From positions 558,001 to 622,000 of the forward strand of contig OZ287084.1 in NCBI GenBank assembly GCA_965645245.1: a stretch of 64,000 bases of DNA, read 5' to 3'. The notes beneath the pieces are model-generated. The model had not been told where the DNA came from. It searched no databases and saw only the letters and a program-made list of their open reading frames with translations. Shown in pieces: positions 28,001 through 38,532 of the stretch. A program made the translations under genes and the position numbers. Position 1 is the first letter of the stretch, and each line of letters begins with the position of its first letter. Source of the stretch: Massalongia carnosa (taxonomy: Eukaryota).

Positions 28001-29219
28001 GTTTCACCACCGTCAGTTTCAACATGTACTAGAACTCTTCTGATCCACTTACAACAGCCTCCAGCTTCCTTCGGTCATCGTCAGTTGAGCTCCGAGACAT
28101 AACCTGCTTTAACAATGCGCAGGCATCTCCGTATGCATCCATAGCTCCCTCAAAGTTTTGAGCGTTGTCTAATACCACTGCATGATTGGCCTTTTGTAAG
28201 GCTTTTGAAAGCATAGCCTTCTGAGACGGTGGTTTTCGTTTTTGAGCTTCGGGAACGCTTCGAGCTGAGGAAGTTGAGCTTTCACCCTCGGTCCCGGCAC
28301 TGCCTTTGCCAGCTCCTTCACGGTTCCTAGAATGACGGCGTCGTGATATTTGGTACTTTTCCGGATGTTTCAGGCGAGATGAGCCACGTACAGAATACAA
28401 TGAAATAGCAGGATCGGTTGAAGCTGGGAGCCGAGATGATCCGGATCCTGGAGACTGAGCGGAGTATTTTGGTGACGATGGTCTTGTAGCGAAGGATGAC
28501 AGAGCAGCTGCTTGCTGTAGCGGGTGTTGGTCTGATTGGGCCAAGGATCTTTTCCACCGTTCCCCAAAGTAGTCTGGCTCAACAGAAGTCGATTCAGAAG
28601 TATAGAGCATAGTGGTTGTCACTGGAGTGATGGTTGCAGCGGTTGACGGCGAATCAGAGGCATCTGTTTCACGAGCCAGGGACTGTAGCGTGACGATAGG
28701 AGGGAGCTTTCTTATGGAGCGGGTAGGTGAAGCTCGTGCTGGGTGGTCCTGCGGATTCACACTCGGCGATAATCTTGGATTTCTCGGAATTTTTCTGTTT
28801 GGGGAGATTTGCTGGGGGTTTGTCATACCACCAAACGAACCAAAGGAGCCTGAAAGGCGCTTGGAAAAACTACCCTTCCGGTTGTGTGTTGCAGACGATT
28901 TGCTTGACGCAGTCGATTGTGACCATCGATTTAGATTTCCAACGCCTTCCCTGACTCCATTCCCACTATCAGTTCGATGGTAGATGGTGCTTGACCTCCT
29001 CCTAGCATCAGGCGATAAGGTTCGAGCAGAAAGATGAGTCGGGACCAAATTCTCCTCGTTTGGACTTTGTGACCTTAGGTTTGAAGGATTTGGGCGTACA
29101 TGGTTCCGTGACGTTATGGATGCAGCTCGCTGTACGGTGATTATGGACGATGAAGAGGCGGAATTCGAGCGTGAGGACTGGCGTTGATGTAGTGGTGGAT
29201 TCGTCAAGGTCGAGGCCAT
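25032..29219 (-). CDS. MIT-domain-containing protein (large, low-complexity, conserved C-terminal domain)
   Basis: Exons 29219-28053, 27998-25298 and 25219-25032. MIT helix bundle MLSKALQKANHAVVLDNAQNFEGAMDAYGDACALLKQVM..DRRKLEAVRNTY..RI; C-terminal LRPFWFLRCIYQTIAHPRGAY and HAAEFFGFYVCRFVL. The start codon is uncertain and an upstream exon is possible. Confidence 0.87.
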
Positions 29220-30852
29220 TTTTCTGCAACCGACGGGGTATCGATAACAGGCCCTGTCCGATTCTCGATTTGGAGAGTATGCAATGCACACACACGCATA
29301 AATGCCGGCCCGCAAGTCTCGATTGTGTTCCCTTGATGCCTTGAGCTAACACGCAAGCACTTGTCATCCGCTTTCGGACATGATATCTGCACGGTTGTAA
29401 ATAATTTATTCGTAGATGTGACCAGTCCAGCAGATCTGAGTGTAACGCCAGGCACCACGCGGGATGTTTTAGCCTCCTCCTATACCTTCTTGGCATACAG
29501 GGATGAAAAGTCTATCGCTGAGAAGATCTCAAAAACCCAGAGCGAGCGCTAATCTTGTCCCTAACGTAGAGACCAAATCCTATACAGTCCTGAAATCTGT
29601 CACAAGCGGGAACAGGATATTTCCCAAAAACTCCATATAAAGCGCAAATCCACGAGGTAACACGCAGAAGTCTCGTAATGTTCCTTATACACCTATTCTT
29701 TCAACGGCAAGTTATCAGGCTGAACCTTCGCTGTGGTCCTGCCACACCATCTCAAATGGTTGTGAATTCCGTACGTACTGCAGCGAGGCCGCCAAAGCGT
29801 AAAATATAACTTCGTTTCCAATTTAAATGGGAGTGAGGATCCGCTCTCTTCGGTCCTAGCTAGAGCAGCTTCGCTTTTAACAGAGTATACCGTAAACGTC
29901 GCGTACAAGAGCGTCTTGCTGAGATGTCGAGATTAAGGTTACGTTGTCAATAAGAGATGGTTGGCGCCTGAACGAGACCGATCGAGAAGGTGAGCGTGCA
30001 GGTTGCTCAAGAGTCCAGGCAGGTACAAGGTCAACTGAACATTAATCACCAATTCCTCCTGGCAGGAGATGAATAAAGCCTATGCCGCAGGGAGGCCGTT
30101 ATGCATGATGATGTTGATGATCAATCACGTTACACGATACGCAGGATGCACAGGCTCTGCCACAGCTATGCCAGAGTCGGACTGTCAGCAGATGGGCTTG
30201 TTCACGATGGGTATGATCCTGCCTTAGCCACAAGCTATGAGTCGAAGTAGCCCAGCTATGATGGCAAATGTCGATTGTGGCACGAGGAGAGAGGTATTGG
30301 ACGAGGGAGATGTGTTATGTGGTCAAGTAAGTTTTCCGTTCCTCGTTCCTCTCTATTAAGGCGCACGTCCTATCCTAAGTTAGAGGTACGGGTAACCCCT
30401 ACCTAAGGTGTATCCTAGCGGCAGTAGAGCCGTACTTAGTATAGAATAAGGAGAGAAAATACAATCGACAACTCCTTCACGACAGAGATCCACTTTTCAT
30501 TACTCCATTATTAGAAAGGGTTTTGATGAAATAAGACAAATCCCAAATTCTTTTGCTGAATTTCGACACTTGCCTTAGGTAGCCAGCTGCTAAGGGGAAT
30601 GGGGGATGGGAAATCACGTAACAGTATTTTCTTCTAGACCAATCAGCCTCATCGTACAAAGTACCCCGCAAATCCACTCGAACCCCCTGGAGGCGCGTGG
30701 TTCCGACTAGCATAGATTTTGGTTTTCTTTTTTACTCGGCTTCGGAATTACGAAAATACTAGTGTCTGCATTTATGACTAATGAGAGCCCGAATTCGATA
30801 CACTAAGAGCCAATCATTTCAAAACGCTAAGAGCTGCGGTGGCCCCGTTTTT

Positions 30853-30904
30853 TCCTTTCATAATCCTTTCATAATCCTTTCATAATCCTTTCATAATCCT
30901 TTCA
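30853..30904. repeat. 11-bp tandem repeat (TCCTTTCATAA) x ~4.7
   Basis: Four exact units plus TCCTTTCA, read directly. The array ends 42 bp before the transposon's left end. Confidence 0.95.
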
Positions 30905-30946
30905 CTATTCACTTAAACGTTCAGGGCAAAAAAGCTGGTGAGGGGG

Positions 30947-31054
30947 CACGCGGGTGAAAAAAAAAGGGCAAGGTGAGCCGAAACTCCCCAACCAAAACTT
31001 ACCCCTTTTCTTCCCCTTTTTCTTCCCCGTCTTCTTCCTCATTCAACATTTCAA
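30947..31054 (+). repeat. Left terminal inverted repeat of the Tc1-like element
   Basis: Reverse-complement match to 32184-32289 with a few substitutions and homopolymer-length differences. It ends immediately before the transposase ATG at 31055. Confidence 0.92.
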
Positions 31055-32148
31055 ATGCCATCCCACTACGATACACCTCAAAAGGCCAAGGTGCAGGGAG
31101 CTTATGAATTTCTTCTTGCAAAAGGCATTTCCATCGATCCTCGAGAGATTTTCAGCATTTTGGCATTCGAAGCGAGAGACAGGGCTATAAGATCATTCGA
31201 AACGGAGCATCTTCTAGAAGAAGACATCATTCAACGCTCGTTGAGACACGCGGTCGCAAATCAAAAGTCACGGAAGCACAAATACAGGAGGCAGATCACA
31301 TTCTACAAGATGAGGGGCTACAGTTGGAAGGAAAACGATACACATGGGAACAATTGGCTATGGAGATTGGGGCCGACGTTGTCGGTCGTACAATGCACAA
31401 TGTTATGTCGGCTGCTCTAAACTATGAGAAATGTCTGGCCTGCGTCAAGGGATGGCTGGCCGACCCACCTATGGAAAGACGGGTCGAATTTGCTCACATG
31501 ATGCTGACCAGATATCCCAAACCGGAGCAATGGGATCGCGTACGATTTAGTGATGAGATTCATTTTGGATATGGGCCGGAAGGACAGTTACGAATCATTC
31601 GTCAGCCCGGAACACGATATCGTTGGGATTGCATACAGCATCGTGACCCGCCTCCTGAGAAAGATCGAAAACGAAAACATTGCTGGGCTGCAATTGGCTA
31701 CAATTTCAAGTCGGATATTATCTTTTATGACGTGCCGGGCAACAGCAATGACAAAATGACTCATCAGGTGTATATTGAATCCGTTCTTGACCCCGTCGTC
31801 AAGCCCTGGCTGGAGCGTGGGGATGACTTCGTACTTGAAGAAGATGGAGACTCTGGTCATGGCACGGGCAAGACAAGAAATGCCGTCAAGAAATGGAAGG
31901 AAGGTCATCATTTAGAGCATTATTTCAATTGTGCCTCATCACCTGATTTGTCCCCTATAGAAAATTGCTGGCAGCCAGCGAAGCAGCATGTTCGAAAGTA
32001 TCCTCATTGGGACGATGTCAGCTTGAAGCAGCTGATTAGGGATGGATGGGAATGGGTGACGCAGGAATTCATCAATGAAAGAGTTCAATCAATGCCCAAA
32101 CGATTGGAAGAGGTAATTAGGGCTGAGAGGGCGATGACTGGCTATTGA
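31055..32148 (+). pseudogene. Tc1-like DDE transposase (DD38E), interrupted by a single 1-nt frameshift near 31149-31153
   Basis: Frame 1 reads MPSHYDTPQKAKVQGAYEFL..REIF. A second frame continues QHFGIRSERQGYKII..ETRGRKSK..YTWEQLA..VRFSDEIHF..LEEDGDSGHG..SSPDLSPIENCW..SMPKRLEEVIRAERAMTGY*. Restoring one base gives ~364 aa. Confidence 0.9.
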
Positions 32149-32183
32149 ATAGAATGTATGTAGAATTTCAATGGTCATACGAA

Positions 32184-32289
32184 TTGAAATGTTGAATGGG
32201 GAAGAAGATGGGGAAGAAAAAAGGGAAGAAAAGGGTGAGTTTTGGTGGGGGGATTTCGGCTCACCTTGCCCTTTTTTTTCACCCGCGTG
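32184..32289 (-). repeat. Right terminal inverted repeat of the Tc1-like element
   Basis: Reverse complement of 30947-31054. Confidence 0.92.
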
Positions 32290-32648
32290 GGGGGGCTAAC
32301 TATACTTAATGGACCCTGCATGGCTTCACCATCCCGTCAGATGAATTTCTTCTTCAAATCCTTCCAACTCCAATTTATCTTTCTTGAATCTAGCCCTTTT
32401 GGTATAAGATCTCATTCTTCTCTCCTCCGGCTTGCTTCTGCTCTCGAAACTCACGACCAGCAAAGCTATATTTTCCTCTTTACAAAATCGATAGACGAAC
32501 ATAATAACAACACTCATAATCAAGGTATCTTCGAGACAAAAACAACAAACGCCGGCCAACTTCAAGCCTCTCGATGGGTGATAAATTTCAAGCTTTTAAA
32601 TTTCAAGCTTTTATGTCCCCACTGGAGATCCCATGCAGTCTACTTTGC

Positions 32649-34371
32649 TTACTTGTTCCCCTTCGCCAGCCCATTTGTTGGCCCATTAGTCTTCCCTTTT
32701 AGTTCTGCCACTGCCAAGGCCTGACTCCTTTCTGCCGCGGGCATCTGTGCCAGCCAGCTTGGAGGGACAATGCCAGTCTGGTCATTAATGGTGCTAAGTA
32801 ATGGGGGAAGGCTCTGCAGGAGGTTGCGAATGGGTGCTGTGGAGTCAGAAGAGGCACCTTCGCCAGTGTTCCAAACGGTAATCTTTGGTTGCAGGCCATT
32901 GATTGCTGCTGCGTTGGCTTTAGCTAATTTCTCGTAAGTATTGCTTTGTAACATCATGTATTGAAGCAATCCTTGAGGCCCCCCAAGAACGTCAGACATA
33001 TGTCCGTATGCCTTGGCCATTTCCGTTATTGCTTCGGCCTCTTTCTTCTTTGAGTAAAAGTTTGCCTCTGCCTCTTTCGTAGCACGGATGAAGTGTGCCT
33101 CTGCCTCCTTGGTAGCGCGTATGAAGTTGGCTTCTACTTCCTGTTTTTCCTTGTATAGATTACCGTCAGCTCCTCGAGTGTCGCTATAAAATTGTGCATC
33201 GGACTTTTCTTGCGCTGACTCCTTCGCGATCCTGGCGGACACGAGATCTGTTGCTCTCCGCCTCTCTAGCTCCATTTCGGCTCTCTTTGTTTCTACTTCT
33301 CGTTGCAATTCTGCGTCTTTTGATTCGGCTTGTCGAGTTGCTTGAATATTGGCTAAGTTAATGCCCATGTTGAGCTTAGTTTGGGTCGTCGTAAGCCTAG
33401 AATGCACAAATCAGCCCAAAGGATAGATAAGTTTATGAATTGACGGATCATGGTCTGGCATATACGAAGCTGATGAAAGAAGGCAATTTGAAGATAATAG
33501 GAATGTGCAAAGAGATTCTTACTCAGCATCAGCTTCAGCCTTCTCACTCTTACGTTGAGTCTCGAGAACAGCCGTGAGTGCATCAATCTTGCTGATTTCT
33601 TGCCTAGCCCTCCCCCGCTTTTCAGCTTCCCCAATCTCGCCAATCATTCTCGCGTTAGCGACATCGACTTTCGCCTGGTTGGAAGCACCTTCGTGGGCTT
33701 TTCGGCTGAGAAATTTGAAGTATTCGCTCCCTGCTGTGTCTTGCAGCTCTTTCACATTGGCATTGTAGCTGGGACTTGGTTAGCCAAGGTCAAATGGAAG
33801 GCAGGCTCGAATTAACTTACATCCTCAGACCAAACTGGTTGAGCTCGCTCTGAACATTCTCAATAACTTTTGTCTTAAATACCTGGCGTTCCTTGAAGAT
33901 CTCTTCCATGGTCATTCCCGACACAATACTTCGGGTTTCACCCTCAATAATGCCCTTCACAATATCCTGCACATGGGTGCGGCCAGAGGTACCGTGATGT
34001 GCATCACCCTTTCCCGTAAGAATTTTGGCATAATTCTTGAGAGCGTCTGGCTCATCATCTGGACCGATGGTGAAGACAGCGGGTAACGCGAATTGAAGTT
34101 TTTCAATGGTCATGGCCTGAAGGGTGATTTCAAAGTCAAATGGACTAATCGAGATGATGCCATACTAAACGCCGATTAGCTCCAGCTGACATCGACGCTG
34201 ATGCTTTAGATATACATACCTTCTGCCCTGGAAAGACCCAGGCCTTCTTCGCTATCCTCACATCTTCAACACCCCAACCAGTAATGACCAGGTATGAGTT
34301 GGCATCGCTCACGTGATACCTATTTCCTCGTTAGGATGGGAGGATCCAATAGTGGGAAGGACCATGCACAT
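32649..34371 (-). CDS. Flotillin-like SPFH/Band-7 domain protein
   Basis: Exons (34371-34370), 34319-34220, 34164-33821, 33768-33523 and 33396-32649. Motifs: YHVSDANSYLVITGWG, QAMTIEKLQFALPAVFTIGP, IVKGIIEGETR, MTMEEIFKER, QFGLRIYNANVKELQD, a coiled-coil EA-rich region and INGLQPKITVWNTG. The first 2-nt exon is inferred. Confidence 0.92.
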
Positions 34372-35442
34372 ATTGCAGAATTTGACGAGTTCTCTAGTAT
34401 TTTCGACCAAGATAATGGAGAAGCAAACACAGGGAGTCTCGTAGGAGATTAGGATGACAGAACCAAGAACTATTAGTATAAGTAGATAATACAGTCACAC
34501 AACACCAAGTTAATGTCGGTAGCAACCTGAGCAAGTGGCCTCAAATTTTGACAAATCAAAGAAAGGCATAGTGTCTCGATGTTTCTAGTGAATCAAGGTA
34601 TAGGAAGGAGCTCTCTCATGATTATATAGCAAGAGGACCTTCGCCATTGACCCACATGCTTCAAGCAGCCTTGAGGGCAAGGTGACTGAAATCCAGCATG
34701 TGGCCATCTTTTATTCGATGTCAACCTAGGGTCCCTCGATGCTGGAATGAGGAATGGCTAAGCTGAATGATTGACGGGAGAGCAATGCGATTCTTTCCTG
34801 TAGAACGAGTACTACATACCCTAGTCCGCCTTGCTCAGCCTTGCATGCTATTATATCCCACCTACTCCAATCTTCTCGCTTCAATCAATACATAAAACGC
34901 GCTAAATCTCAAGCCATACATCGAGCCTTAGGTTGATCAAAGGCTGAGATTTAGTATTCAAACTGAGTTACAATGACCCTTCTGTGAGGCGGAAGCCTCG
35001 TCGATCAGGAGGGGCTGTCAGATAACTTCTAGGAGTGTCGGAGTAGGCGTCTTTCAGCCTACTGTCCCAAGGGAATGCCTTAGCCTTTATATGTGTCTTA
35101 TAATCGGATGTTTTCAAAGAAATAAGAGAACAGGTGATAAGGCATGGTGATTTCACGGCATCATTCATTGTCAGCCTCCTTCAAGCATCGTTGTCAGGCT
35201 CAGCTCCTCTCACCTTTCGGAGCGTTGGTAGTATCTTGACATTTTGAATCAACAAGCTTGAGAAGGTATCAGACGGGAGAGCAGAGCCTCTGAAAACTAG
35301 CGGCAGTGACTACTATCTCCACCTTCAGAGTACGACGGATTTTGCTTTGCGACAAACAAATTTGGACTACCCTAGCCTCTCTGAATAACCCACAAATCGA
35401 GTAGGAAAAATCACAAAATCCTCTTATTGAAGATATTTTATT

Positions 35443-36135
35443 ATGAAAGACGCTTCTTTCCCCTCTTCCTTCGACGTCTTACCCTCTTATTCCGAAAGTG
35501 CCCAAACCTCCTCACTTTCCACGCTTTTCTACTGTGTCAATCAAACTCGTACCTCCAACATCCAAGCCCTTATCTCCACTTACATTCACCCCCACCTCCA
35601 CGCCTGCGCTATCTCTGGCCTTACAAAAACAACCCTTATCCTCATTCCATCCAATGTCTCCTCTCTCCAACCTAGGCTTTTCTCCCTTTATGACAGGAAC
35701 GACTCAAACGGCATCGCCACAGATTCCAAAGCAGAAGATAACTTTCTGGGGGAAACAATTATCGGCTTTCCCGCCTCCGAAAACCTCTCCCTCGTCCGTC
35801 TGCACGGCGCTGGAAACACGCTTGAGTTCTGGCGCCAAGAGGCCGTGATCAGGGAGTTAGGCATGCAACTGAAGGACGACCTTCGGAAAGGCGGTCATCA
35901 AATTTTGGAAGATGCTAGGGAGGGATCAGAGGAGCTGACAGGACCTCGAGGTAGCCGAGGGTCGACGAAAAAAAGCGCGGAGTGGAGATCTACAAACGAG
36001 GTGGTGGTAGGGCCCGGTCAGGTCAAGGTGGGCGTCAAGTTCCAGGAGGTAGCTCTGAGGGTAGAGAACACGATGAGATTATTTGAGACAAGAAATGGGA
36101 AGGCGGTTGTGGTTCGAGTTGAGGTTGGGGGATGA
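35443..36135 (+). CDS. Hypothetical protein (230 aa)
   Basis: Single ATG-initiated ORF with globular-looking segments (TTLILIPSN, LVRLHG..NTLEFWRQ..VI.EL, EVALRVEN.M.LFETR.GKAVVVRVEV). Confidence 0.72.
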   Translation: MKDASFPSSFDVLPSYSESAQTSSLSTLFYCVNQTRTSNIQALISTYIHPHLHACAISGLTKTTLILIPSNVSSLQPRLFSLYDRNDSNGIATDSKAEDNFLGETIIGFPASENLSLVRLHGAGNTLEFWRQEAVIRELGMQLKDDLRKGGHQILEDAREGSEELTGPRGSRGSTKKSAEWRSTNEVVVGPGQVKVGVKFQEVALRVENTMRLFETRNGKAVVVRVEVGG

Positions 36136-36339
36136 AGACATGGGAAATAAGGCGGGGGAGAAGCTATTTTCCCTTAAGCTTTGCCAAAATGGTCATATAC
36201 AGAGTTGGACTTACCTATACAGCTAACAGGTAATATGTCCCGGGAAAATGACCCCGTCTTCCTGGCGCCCATTCATCACAAAATGAAAGTTTTATTACGC
36301 GCTTTTAATCTCAACAACTTCATCTTTTAGTTTCATATT

Positions 36340-37200
36340 AAGTGAGGGAGCCATGGAGCTTCTCCTAGAGAAAGTTTCTACGAATCAAGACTAGCGTGTC
36401 AACGCTGCTTAGCTGTACGCTGTTTGATCGGATACTATTTATTCTTTTAAATTATGCTCGATCCCTCATAAGTTCGTTTCTCTCTCATCGCCACGTCCCT
36501 GATGCCTAGTTGACATTATCGCTTTCCCAACCTTCAATTATGAAAGCTGCTATGGTCGAGTAACTTCATCCAACTTAGTTGCTGGCGTCGCCTCCCAGAC
36601 CTTTTGTGATAAACATTTTCTTTTCGTTCCCTTCAAAATGAATCCAATGATAACGGTATTCAACAAGTCATTTTTTTTACTTGGTCCTTTAAAGTATTAA
36701 CGTTGTTTTTTAGTGGATGATTGTTATGTATCGTTCAAGGCCGGATGCTCTTAAACCTGTACGGTCGAATGGCCAGATTTAGAATTAAACATAGATCAAT
36801 AATGGACTAAACTGAAGCTGGGAATCAGAAATATCTCACTATAGCAGATAGACTGATAAGAATGCCCAAAATCTCCTCTGTCGATCTTTGGTTTTCTATA
36901 CAATTCATTTCATCCTGGTCTCGTAGAGTTTTCTATCATTACTTCCAACGTTCTTGTCCAACGTTCTAAGTTTCTGTCCCCCTTTCTCCGGAAGTATGGT
37001 TAAAGACAACGTAGCATAAGATCCTGAAAGAGAGTCGCCTGAACGCGATAAGAAAGAAATAGAGCTCTAGACAAATTGAGATATAAATAGAAACTGGGAC
37101 TTGAAGAAATAGGTAGTTGAATCATATTCTCTGGTTCTGTCACCAGATTGGCGTTGATACTAAAGTCTCCATAACTATCCTTTCTGAATGGGTCAGATAG
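36340..37200 (-). pseudogene. Possible highly degenerate coding relic (unassigned)
   Basis: AT-richer segment. One minus frame reads protein-like (YHWIHFEGNEKKMFITKGLGGDASN*VG*SYSTIAAFIIEGWESDNVN*ASGTWR*ERNELMRDRA*) but has frequent stops. Confidence 0.25.
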
Positions 37201-37720
37201 CCCCAAACATTTAGTACGATTAGATGAGGACTATACTTAGAGTAATAGCGTGTCTTTTTTCCTTCGATTCACTAATATGCTTCTTCAGTGGTGATTAAAC
37301 CCATTCTAGTGCGGAGTTCTGGGATTTAAAGTCTAGCAAGAGCTCACGTAGGTATGTAGTTAAACGAGCAAAATTGCAATTCAATTCGTTTCAAAAGTAG
37401 TAATTATGTATCGGAAAATCTATCGAGGTCTCATGACGAATCTCTTACACTTCCTTGTTCATCTTGTCCTCATTCCCTCTGTTCATTTTTATCTTTCTTA
37501 GCCTTTCTCCGACACGGTGCTGATTTCGATGTGCATCTAGGTCCGAGTTTCATGAGCTATTGACAAGAAAAATATTTGTGTTAAGTGTCGAGGCTTTAAT
37601 TGTTAAAGTTCCAGGCTTCTTCGGAATAGAGGGTGTTGCAGCACCAACTAAGGGGTGTAGCGATAGCAGGATCCTACATGATTCTCACGATATACAGCAT
37701 ATCGGCTTACTGCTACTGAT

Positions 37721-38532
37721 CGAGCAGATTCGGGACAGACCCCAGCTGGCAGACCCCTCGTAAAGTTCTACTGCTTATTAGGACTAGCTTAAGCCTCACC
37801 CTCACACTAAATTAATAGTCCATCTACTAATGCAACGTCCCTCCGCAAGCTTCATATACCCAGTCACTTGCAACATTACTTATTGCTGTAGCCAATTCAA
37901 ACATCACACGTAGCTAGCCTCGGATTATTTGATGAGGGGTAATCATCCCATATACGCTGCGGGAGAGGGAAGGCCGGGGCCGGAAGAGGATAAGGAAGAG
38001 GATAAGGAGGAGGTATGGGGGGAGGGTGAGGATGAGATGGAAGAGGAGGATGAGGAGGAGATGGAAGAGGAGGATGAGCAGGAGGTGAGAAGAAGGAAAG
38101 GCGAAGGGGGAGAAGTGAAGAAGGACGGTGATAGATATCGCCGCGGTGGAGTTGATATGATGCAATCTGCAGCGTTTGAGTCAATGGATTTGCACAAATC
38201 AATGGAAAATTCACTATCGAGATGAGGAGTATGCTCGAGCATACGTAGCAAACAGCGCCAAATTCAATCAACAATGGCTGAAAAGGGAGTCGGCTAGATC
38301 TCTTATCTCCACAACTTTCCCTGATGAAATCCGACCGAAGGAAAACCTCAGGTGGAAAAAGGGAGGAAGTCGTCGGCGTGCTTACACTGGCCGCGAGGCA
38401 GCTGAGGCAGATGAGGCCAATCAGCGATGTGCTAGACGTAGGGACTCGATTGAACAAGGGATAAGCTAGTCCTAATAAGCAGTAGAACTTTACGAGGGGT
38501 CTGCCAGATAGGGTCTGTCCCGAATCTACTCG
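37721..38532. mobile_element. Non-autonomous Mutator-like element (MULE), 812 bp, 71-bp TIRs, 9-bp TSD
   Basis: 37721-37791 is the reverse complement of 38462-38532 (3 mismatches in 71 by hand alignment). The flanking direct repeats are GCTACTGAT (37712-37720) and GCTACTTAT (38533-38541). Long TIRs with a 9-bp TSD are typical of Mutator. No full transposase is present inside. Confidence 0.82.

Larger units (their letters stand above)
30947..32289 (+). mobile_element. IS630/Tc1/mariner-superfamily DNA transposon, 1,343 bp, ~107-bp imperfect TIRs, flanked by G-runs
   Basis: Termini are CACGCGGGTGAAAAAAAAAGGGCAAGGTGAGCCGAAA... and ...TTTCGGCTCACCTTGCCCTTTTTTTTCACCCGCGTG. The element encloses a DDE transposase. 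Flanks are GGGGG (30942-30946) and GGGGGG (32290-32295). Confidence 0.93.

Noticed and set aside
30853..30904. Short repeat array as a possible CRISPR
   Set aside because: The units are contiguous with no spacers, and the context is eukaryotic.
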